Assembly: GCA_048938025.1 (NCBI GenBank)
Contig: JBHLMP010000009.1
Location: 8,106 to 72,105 of the forward strand
Reading direction: 5' to 3'
Source: Promethearchaeota archaeon
Lineage (GTDB): Archaea; Asgardarchaeota; Lokiarchaeia; Sigyniarchaeales; SOKP01
Length of the DNA stretch: 64,000 nucleotides
Under the pieces are notes generated by a model. It saw nothing but the letters and a program-made list of their open reading frames with translations. It did no database searches and was not told the origin of the DNA. This document shows positions 57,011 to 64,000 of the stretch, piece by piece (the stretch's first letter is position 1; each line of letters begins with the position of its first letter). Made by a program: the position numbers and the translations under genes.

Positions 57011-57760
57011 ATGGTAAAAATCGGAATTATTGGTGGATCAGGATTAGATAATCCGAAAATTTTAAAGGATGCAAAAGATATATATGTTGATACACCATAT
57101 GGAAAACCTACTTCTCCTCTAAAATTAGGAAAAATCAACGATGTTGATGTAGTACTCATAGCGAGACATGGAAGAGAGCATACTATTCCTCCAACGCAAG
57201 TAAATTATAGAGCTAACATACATGCATTAAAAGATCAAGGTTGTTCTCATATCCTCGCTACAACTGCTTGCGGGAGTTTGAGAGAGAAGATAGATAGAGG
57301 GGATCTCGTTATTCTTGATCAATTTATAGACTTCACTCGACTCAGGAAAATATCTTTTTTTGAAGAATTTGCCCCTGGAGATATGAAGCATACCCCAATG
57401 GCTGATCCTTATTCAGAAGAATTAAGAAAAATTCTTATTGAAACTGCAAAGGAACTGAATCTTAAATATCATGAAACAGGAACTGTTGTTACAATTGAAG
57501 GTCCAAGGTTTTCTACAAGAGCAGAATCAAATATGTTTCGGATATGGGGTGCAGATGTGGTAAATATGAGCATAGCTCCTGAAACAATTTTAGCAAATGA
57601 AGCAGGTATCCCATATGCTGCTGTTGCTATGTCTACAGATTATGACTGCTGGAAAGAGGACGAAGTACCCGTTACTTGGGAGGAAATATTAGAAATATTT
57701 GGCAAAAATGTTAACAATGTTATTGCATTATTAACTAACACTATAAGAAAAATAAGATAA
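57011..57760 (+). CDS. mtnP: S-methyl-5'-thioadenosine phosphorylase
   Basis: Contains KIGIIGGSGL, ARHGREHTIPPTQVNYRANIHALK, EGPRFSTRAES and VNMSIAPE. The ATG at 57011 is preferred over the track TTG at 57002. Confidence 0.9.
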   Translation: MVKIGIIGGSGLDNPKILKDAKDIYVDTPYGKPTSPLKLGKINDVDVVLIARHGREHTIPPTQVNYRANIHALKDQGCSHILATTACGSLREKIDRGDLVILDQFIDFTRLRKISFFEEFAPGDMKHTPMADPYSEELRKILIETAKELNLKYHETGTVVTIEGPRFSTRAESNMFRIWGADVVNMSIAPETILANEAGIPYAAVAMSTDYDCWKEDEVPVTWEEILEIFGKNVNNVIALLTNTIRKIR

Positions 57761-57901
57761 TTTATCAATTATTTATTAAAATTTTTTGGAACAAAAAAAA
57801 ATAAAAATATACAAGATATTTTGATAAAATTATTATCTTTTATTTGTTTACTCTATACAAATAATGCTTTGAAGCATAAAAGAATCTAGAGAATTTCGAA
57901 A

Positions 57902-59206
57902 ATGGTTTCTATTTCTTTTTTAGGGGGATGTAGGGAAGTTGGTCGCTCAGCTATTTTAATAGAATCTAAGAGCGGAGTTAAATGTATCTTAGACTATGGT
58001 ATTAGATTTGAGAATGAAGACAGACTACCTTATGATACTAACTTAAACAATCTAAAAGCAGTTGCATTAACTCATAGTCATATTGACCATTCTGGAGCTT
58101 TACCATTCTTATATAAAACCTATGAAGGTCCATTCTTTACTAATCCAGTATCACTAGCAATTGTAGAAGTTCTTATTAGAGATATGATAAAAATATCTGA
58201 TTTTCCTTATCCATTTGGTTTCAAGGAATTGGAAAAATTAAAACAGCATGCAAATTTTCTTAAAAATGAAGTTCGCCATAAAATTAAGGATAATTTTTTC
58301 ATAACGTTTATTAATGCAGGACATATACCTGGAAGCGTTTCCATTCTTATAGAAGTAGATAATAAAAAAATTCTCTATTCGGGAGATATTAATACTCAAC
58401 TAACGAACTTAATTAACCCCGCGAATTCTTTAGATATTCCTGAATTAGATGCATTAATTATTGAATCAACTTATTCACTTAAAGAGCATCCTGATAGGGA
58501 TCAACTCGAGAAAAATTTTGTAGAGAAAATAACTGATATTACTGAAAATGGAGGTAGTGTTTTAATTCCTGCTTTTGGAGTGGCTCGTTCACAAGAAGTC
58601 CTTTTAATTTTGGATAAATATAATTATCTAGGTAAGATTTTTATAGATGGTTTAGCAAGAAAAGTCTCTATGGTATATTTAGATTACCCAGAGTCTATTA
58701 GGAGTCAAAGAATCCTTAAAAATGCTTTAAAAAAAACTCAATTTGTTATAAGAAGGAAGTTACGAAATGTCGCAAAAAATTCAAATGGAGTCATAATTAC
58801 TCCTTCAGGTATGCTTAAAGGAGGTGCGGCAATTGAGTATATTCAAACAATTTTAAAAGATCCAACCTCTGCTGTTTATTTAGTTGGATATCAAGTAGAA
58901 GGATCTCCTGGAAGAGGACTTTTAGAAAATGGTATTTTTGAATTTCGAGAACGAGGACTCAAAAAACATACAATTGATAATATAAAAATAAGAGCTAAAT
59001 GTGAATATGATTATTTTGATTTTTCAAGTCATGCTGATAATCTACATCTTTATGATTATATAGACAATTTAAATTTTTATGATAACTCAAATGATATTTT
59101 CTGTGTTCATGGTGATAATAGATCAACAACAAGTTTTGCAAGTGAGTTAGTAAAAAAAGGGTATAACTCAGTTGCTCCAGAGATAGGGGAAGTTTATAAA
59201 GTGTAA
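57902..59206 (+). CDS. metallo-beta-lactamase / beta-CASP ribonuclease (aCPSF2-like, no KH domains)
   Basis: Contains LTHSHIDHSG (HxHxDH), NAGHIPGS, YSGDI, ESTY (motif A), SSHAD (motif B) and CVHGD (motif C). Confidence 0.8.
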   Translation: MVSISFLGGCREVGRSAILIESKSGVKCILDYGIRFENEDRLPYDTNLNNLKAVALTHSHIDHSGALPFLYKTYEGPFFTNPVSLAIVEVLIRDMIKISDFPYPFGFKELEKLKQHANFLKNEVRHKIKDNFFITFINAGHIPGSVSILIEVDNKKILYSGDINTQLTNLINPANSLDIPELDALIIESTYSLKEHPDRDQLEKNFVEKITDITENGGSVLIPAFGVARSQEVLLILDKYNYLGKIFIDGLARKVSMVYLDYPESIRSQRILKNALKKTQFVIRRKLRNVAKNSNGVIITPSGMLKGGAAIEYIQTILKDPTSAVYLVGYQVEGSPGRGLLENGIFEFRERGLKKHTIDNIKIRAKCEYDYFDFSSHADNLHLYDYIDNLNFYDNSNDIFCVHGDNRSTTSFASELVKKGYNSVAPEIGEVYKV

Positions 59207-59229
59207 CTATATTTAATTTGTTACATTAA

Positions 59230-60753
59230 TTAGGCCTTTATTTGTAATTGTTTTTTGATTATATTATTACAATTTTCAAGAAAAATTTCTATTTTATTAA
59301 CAGGTACTTTTGTTCCGGCGGCAGGTGGATGTCCTCCTCCTAGTACATCTATATTTGAAAGTTTGCACGCGTCTCTGATAGCTTGTGAAAGGTTCACTCC
59401 TCTTTTTACAATTTTTTTATGTGCCCTTCCAGAAATTTTATATACCTCCTCATCTTCTCTTTTAACTACCCCAAAGATAGGTTTAGTTTTATCTATTCTA
59501 TTACTTTTTTCAAAGATTAACATTGAGGTTATTGTTCCTATTATACTCTCTGGAATTATGTCTTCTCCAAAATAATACTGAATATATTCTTTTTCTTGAA
59601 TTTTATTTTGCTCAAAAAGCCATGATAAGCTTTTTACCAATATTTTTTTATATTCTATTAAATTATCATGAGATTTTTCATACGCAATTTTTCTATCTCC
59701 CATTGCTATTGCTATTCCTAACGAGGCACTATTTGTACGTCCACATGCATTTAATAGATTAGAAAATTCAGCTATATCATGAAGCTCAGAACCAACCTTT
59801 TCCTTTATTAATAGGTATCTATTAATTATTAGTTTTTCTATGATTTGACTTGGTTCTATATTGAATTTAACTGAAGCATATTCAATTATTGTTGATGATA
59901 TCTTTTGTTTTTCTTCTTGGTTTAAATCATTTAATGTTTTGATTTTTCCTTCAGAATTTTCCATTAAAATTCCCGAAGTTTGTAAAAGTTTTAAAGATCT
60001 ATTAGCATCATTAGTTAGTCCTGGTAAATTTATATCCTTAGAAAATGCTAATGCTTCATTCAAAGGTTTTATCGCTGAAAAGTTCAAATCATTTACAACT
60101 TCAATTAAATTAACACTCTTAGCATCTTCTAAAATTAAAGAATTGATTCCAATAAATGATTTATTAGGTCCCTGATTTTGAATATCTCCATTAGCACCTA
60201 TTAATGCAATAGGTGAGAGGTCGATATTTTTCTCATTTAAGCACTTTGAGAAATAATAACAAATTCCTGCTCCAGAAATCTCATAACTTCCGTCGATCCC
60301 ATAAAAATAAGGATTTATATGCCAAGGACTAGTTTCTTCATAGAGTTTTCTAAGCATATCAATTTCATTTTTATCAGAAATTTTTTGAGGGAGGTGGTGA
60401 TCAAATATTATTAAGTTATGGAACTCTTTCTCATGGAATAATTGTTTTTGAAGTTCCAAGTATTGACCACTCCCAAAATCTGAGAATATTAGTAAATTAT
60501 TATAATTATTGACCTGATCAGAGATTTTACTAATTTCTTCTCTTTCTAACTGTTTTAGAACTATAATTTGATACGGAATCCTTTCTCGATAAAAAGTTTT
60601 GCCAAGAATTGCTCCAGAACTTAAACCATCAGCATCCAAATGAGTATAAATACGAATTGATGATTCTAATTCTTTTATTTGTTCATAGAAATATTGTTTC
60701 ACCTTATTTAAATCCTTCTCCAATTTATTTAATTTCTTGATAGTATCGCTCAT
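59230..60753 (-). CDS. DHH/DHHA1 phosphoesterase, archaeal RecJ/Cdc45-like
   Basis: Contains HLDADGLSSG (motif I), FSDFGSG (II), IFDHHLP (III), GANGD (IV) and GGGHPPAAG (DHHA1). Confidence 0.8.
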   Translation of the reverse strand: MSDTIKKLNKLEKDLNKVKQYFYEQIKELESSIRIYTHLDADGLSSGAILGKTFYRERIPYQIIVLKQLEREEISKISDQVNNYNNLLIFSDFGSGQYLELQKQLFHEKEFHNLIIFDHHLPQKISDKNEIDMLRKLYEETSPWHINPYFYGIDGSYEISGAGICYYFSKCLNEKNIDLSPIALIGANGDIQNQGPNKSFIGINSLILEDAKSVNLIEVVNDLNFSAIKPLNEALAFSKDINLPGLTNDANRSLKLLQTSGILMENSEGKIKTLNDLNQEEKQKISSTIIEYASVKFNIEPSQIIEKLIINRYLLIKEKVGSELHDIAEFSNLLNACGRTNSASLGIAIAMGDRKIAYEKSHDNLIEYKKILVKSLSWLFEQNKIQEKEYIQYYFGEDIIPESIIGTITSMLIFEKSNRIDKTKPIFGVVKREDEEVYKISGRAHKKIVKRGVNLSQAIRDACKLSNIDVLGGGHPPAAGTKVPVNKIEIFLENCNNIIKKQLQIKA

Positions 60754-60869
60754 TTTTCTTGAGTTAAATCAAATCATAATTTTAAAATCAATAATATATT
60801 ATAGATTATCAAAATAATAATAAATACTCAATTATTAATTCAAAAAGTAAACTTTTGAAGTGAAATATA

Positions 60870-61865
60870 TTGCATCATGTAAAAATTAATGAGCTAAGCC
60901 TAACATTAGTCAATGACATAATTAAAAATAAAGAGTTATATGGTGCACAAGTAACAAAACTAAACAGTGGTCATACAGTTATAGATATGACAAATGCATC
61001 ATGGATTGGAGGCAAGTTAGTAGGAGAAATTTGTATGGGAGGATTAGGGGCTGTAGATTTTACTAGTTACAATTTAGATGGACATTATCTTCCGGCTGTA
61101 AATGTTTATACTTCATTTCCTATTATTTCTTGTATGGCATCTCAATTAGCAGGTTGGAATCTAAAATTGAAAAAGGAAGTTGAAAAGAATGGTGAATTAA
61201 AAAAGAAAGTTGTTTTTCAATCTCTAGGTTCTGGTCCAGCACGAGCTAAAGCAAAAACAGAAAGATTGTTTGAAGAAATTAATTATATTGATGAATCAGA
61301 CTGTGCTATTGTCTTTTTTGAAACAAGAAAAATGCCAAATGAGGAGGTTATGGCAATTGTCTCTAATAAATGTAAGGTAGAAGCAGAAAAAACATTTGCT
61401 GTATGTGCCCCTACCGCTTGTCTAACTGGATCAATTCAAGTTGCAGCTAGAATAGTTGAAACCGGTATACATAAATTACATGAAATCCATTTTCCATTAG
61501 AAGTTATAAAGGATGGATTTGGAACTACAGCAATTGCTCCTATAGCTAAAGATGATTTTGCAGCTATGGGGGCTACAAATGATTCCATTATTGCTGCTGG
61601 AATGACATTCTATACTATTGAAGTAGATAAAGAGAAAGAATCAGAATTATTTGATCTTCTTAAAAAAGCTCCTGCTAGCCAATCTTCAAGTTACGGAAAA
61701 CCATTTAATGAGATCTTTAAAGAAGCTAACTTTGATTTCTACAAAATAGACCCAGGATTATTTGCTCCAGCACTTTACACAATAAATAATATCAAAACAG
61801 GAAAATCAATAACGTTGGGAAAAATAAACCATGAATTATTAAAACAATCCTATGGATTTATTTAA
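60870..61865 (+). CDS. mch: methenyl-H4MPT cyclohydrolase
   Basis: Contains VIDMT...GEICMGGLG, LPAVNV, QLAGW, LGSGPARA, APTACLTGSIQVAARIVETG and TAIAPIAKDD..AMGATND, colinear with remembered Mch. TTG start. Confidence 0.9.
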   Translation: MHHVKINELSLTLVNDIIKNKELYGAQVTKLNSGHTVIDMTNASWIGGKLVGEICMGGLGAVDFTSYNLDGHYLPAVNVYTSFPIISCMASQLAGWNLKLKKEVEKNGELKKKVVFQSLGSGPARAKAKTERLFEEINYIDESDCAIVFFETRKMPNEEVMAIVSNKCKVEAEKTFAVCAPTACLTGSIQVAARIVETGIHKLHEIHFPLEVIKDGFGTTAIAPIAKDDFAAMGATNDSIIAAGMTFYTIEVDKEKESELFDLLKKAPASQSSSYGKPFNEIFKEANFDFYKIDPGLFAPALYTINNIKTGKSITLGKINHELLKQSYGFI

Positions 61866-61936
61866 TTAAAAATAAGCTAAATAATTAGAAATATGTAAAT
61901 TCAAATTTTTTTTATTTTTCTTTAACAGATTTATAC

Positions 61937-62980
61937 TTAAATATTGGTTAATTCTTCTTGATATTTTAAAATTTCAGCTACTGGAATATCACTATCAAAC
62001 ACAATTTTTTCCTGAATCCCTAAATATGCACATGCAATTTTTGCGGCAGCAACAATTTCAGCTTTCTTAAGTGTTATTGAATACTCATCTTGCTGAACTT
62101 GATCTTCTTGAAAATGATTTTCTTGAAATTGTCTATCTTGTAGATGGTAAGCTCTTTCACTTTTCATTTTATATAACAATGAGCCCATTTTTTCAGCAAC
62201 TTTAAAAGGCAATTGATTTTTTACTACTACTCGAATGATATTATTAATATCAAAATAATTTAGGGTTTCAAACTTGGCACGTAAAAAGCTTTTTAAATTT
62301 TCAGAGTTTTGTTCACATTCTTTTTCTGTCCAATCGTAAATAGCTAACTTTCTTCTAAAAAATATTAATTCCCAATTAATATTCATTTCTTTTAATAGTT
62401 CAAGTAATTTATCATCATTAGCTTTTTTAGATTCTATAATAATATAAAGTTGAAGTCCATAATATTTATGTTCCTGCTGAAGAAAAAATCCTCTTTGTTG
62501 CATAGAGGCAAGGATGAGGAGTTTAAATGAATAAATATTGTCTGATATATTCTTTTTTCCACAATTCAAATATATTACATTTCCCTCTTCACTAACATAT
62601 TCACTATCCAAAAAACCTAGTATACTTTCACTATTTTCTCTAATAAAATCTCGCAATCCGCTTAAGGTAGGTTTAACATCAAATTTTATTAAATCACTTT
62701 CTGCAACCGTAACATAATCATTATTGTTGCTTCCGATAGCTAATTTAATTGAATTTAATTTTAGTTCTTTATCAGTTCCAAAAACTTTTTTAAAAACTTT
62801 ATTAATTGGAAATACTTCATTCTCCAAAATTTTTAGATCTGCCATAGAACTCTCATAAGGTTCAGGATCATTTAATAGTTTATTTAAAATAGGAGCTTCT
62901 GAAGCGTCAACTTCAATTTCATAAGATTTTGCTAAGTCCTTACGAATAGTACAAACAGATCGGTTCTTTTTATTATACAT
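61937..62980 (-). CDS. hypothetical protein (347 aa)
   Basis: A long ORF with non-repetitive composition. I recognise no motif. Confidence 0.6.
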   Translation of the reverse strand: MYNKKNRSVCTIRKDLAKSYEIEVDASEAPILNKLLNDPEPYESSMADLKILENEVFPINKVFKKVFGTDKELKLNSIKLAIGSNNNDYVTVAESDLIKFDVKPTLSGLRDFIRENSESILGFLDSEYVSEEGNVIYLNCGKKNISDNIYSFKLLILASMQQRGFFLQQEHKYYGLQLYIIIESKKANDDKLLELLKEMNINWELIFFRRKLAIYDWTEKECEQNSENLKSFLRAKFETLNYFDINNIIRVVVKNQLPFKVAEKMGSLLYKMKSERAYHLQDRQFQENHFQEDQVQQDEYSITLKKAEIVAAAKIACAYLGIQEKIVFDSDIPVAEILKYQEELTNI

Positions 62981-63211
62981 TGAAATAGATGTATGATCAT
63001 CAATTACCGCTCGAAATTTTTCAATGTATTTATTTTCCGTACTTTCCGAGAGAGTCCTTCTACGACGAATTCTTAATCAACTTATTGATATTAAAAAATT
63101 TCATGTAAGTTATTTTAAATAAAAAAATCCAATCTTAAATTCTTATCTAAAAAAAAAAATAACATTTCTCTTTAAATTTTAAGTTGAAATTAAATAATAT
63201 TCAAAATTTTC

Positions 63212-63391
63212 TTATTCCTTATTTTGCTCAATAAAATAATTATCTCCTTTTTTAATATACACAATTGTAGAGCCAAAATTATTACGTACAGTATATTTAG
63301 CACCTTGAACATCTAAAATCTCTATAGAATAAGATAGTCTCCGCTTTTTTAAGATATCATCAATTATCCTTTTTTCTTCTTCCGAGTCCAT
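63212..63391 (-). CDS. possible small protein (59 aa)
   Basis: Own translation gives MDSEEEKRIIDDILKKRRLSYSIEILDVQGAKYTVRNNFGSTIVYIKKGDNYFIEQNKE. It is just below the track length cut-off, has balanced composition, and has no homology evidence. Confidence 0.3.
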   Translation of the reverse strand: MDSEEEKRIIDDILKKRRLSYSIEILDVQGAKYTVRNNFGSTIVYIKKGDNYFIEQNKE

Positions 63392-63754
63392 AATTTTGTT
63401 TCATTTCACAATACAAAAAAAGGTTATGATTTTAATTCATCAATAACAAACAAAAATTATAATCCAATAAATCTATGAATTATTAAAGATTTATATTTAT
63501 AAATTTGATGATCATTAAATAATCTAAATATAGAATTGTCAAAATTGAGATAGGAATAAACAAATAATCGCTTTTGCTTTTAAGTTTTTTCCGTCTTTGT
63601 CTTATTAAAAATTCGCCCATTTTTTAATAAAAGAAATGATTTAATAATTAGATAATCTTTTGATTAAATATTACCAGAAATTGTTTTACAATTTTTAATT
63701 GATCAAATATTTCAATAGCGCATTTAAACTACTTTTAACTGCCGAGGCAATTAT

Positions 63755-64000
63755 ATGGCTAAGGATAAACTGAATATCGGTTTTTTCACGAGTATGTATA
63801 GTCAAATTAACGGAACTGCAATTTCAGTTCGAAATCTAGCTGAAGCAATGGCAAAACACACTCATCATAATATACATGTTTTCGCACCAGGAATTCAAAA
63901 GCCTAAAAACGGACCAAAAAATCTTCACCTTCATAACTTTTTTGGAGCTAAAATTAGTCCTAAAACGGGATTTGTACTAAGTTTTCCAATACATAAATAT
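63755..64000 (+). CDS. glycosyltransferase family 4-like protein, N-terminal part (runs off the window)
   Basis: Own translation gives MAKDKLNIGFFTSMYSQINGTAISVRNLAEAMAKHTHHNIHVFAPG, the typical GT4 N-terminal pattern (F.T..Y.P..NG...SV..L...L...GH.V.VF.P). Confidence 0.6.
   Translation, partial: MAKDKLNIGFFTSMYSQINGTAISVRNLAEAMAKHTHHNIHVFAPGIQKPKNGPKNLHLHNFFGAKISPKTGFVLSFPIHKY

Noticed and set aside
1-64000. Search for tRNA/rRNA/other structured RNAs, CRISPR repeats, and in-frame TGA (selenocysteine) or split genes.
   Set aside because: I found no GC-rich islands typical of structured RNAs in an AT-rich genome, no regularly spaced repeats, and no pair of adjacent same-frame ORFs separated by a single TGA. 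By-eye scanning cannot exclude small C/D-box or other sRNAs.

Overview
This is an AT-rich (roughly 30% GC by eye), densely coding chromosomal segment. It is almost certainly archaeal and most consistent with an Asgard (Lokiarchaeia-like) genome. The supporting markers are Alba, the H4MPT C1-pathway genes ftr, mtd and mch, CODH/ACS subunits cdhB and cdhC, an archaeal/eukaryal-type GlyRS, a beta-CASP aCPSF-like RNase, a RecJ/Cdc45-like DHH protein, and a Rag/Gtr-like GTPase fused to a roadblock-like domain. I recognised no rRNA, tRNA, CRISPR array, transposase or integrase.

Main blocks:
- 2.5-9.1 kb: a carbon-monoxide/acetyl-CoA locus that mixes archaeal cdhB-cdhC with a bacterial-style cooF-cooS-FAD/NAD oxidoreductase unit and a divergent CooT-like gene.
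- 12.6-32.7 kb: an acyl-CoA metabolism island. It holds 2 AMP-ligases, 2 crotonases, 4 thiolase-fold proteins, 4 DUF35 proteins, SCP2, a FabK/NMO-like reductase, an ACAD-like protein and a threonine aldolase, and it is interrupted by an orphan N6-adenine methyltransferase-TRD fusion.
- 33-45 kb: miscellaneous genes, including glpD, a radical SAM enzyme, TPR proteins, tandem N-extended GNATs, a coiled-coil protein and a 7-TM protein.
- 47.5-52 kb: two large surface proteins.
- 52-62 kb: ftr, mtd and mch interleaved with the Rag-like GTPase, an adenine/MTA salvage trio, the beta-CASP RNase and the RecJ-like protein.

The most unusual signal is in the acyl-CoA island. All four thiolase-fold proteins appear to lack the nucleophilic cysteine and each sits next to a DUF35 partner. 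The crotonases and the ACAD-like protein also deviate at canonical catalytic positions. This suggests a non-standard C-C cleaving or forming acyl-CoA system rather than ordinary beta-oxidation.

All homology calls rest on motif recognition from memory, not on database searches. Coordinates of features I derived by hand may be off by 1 nt.
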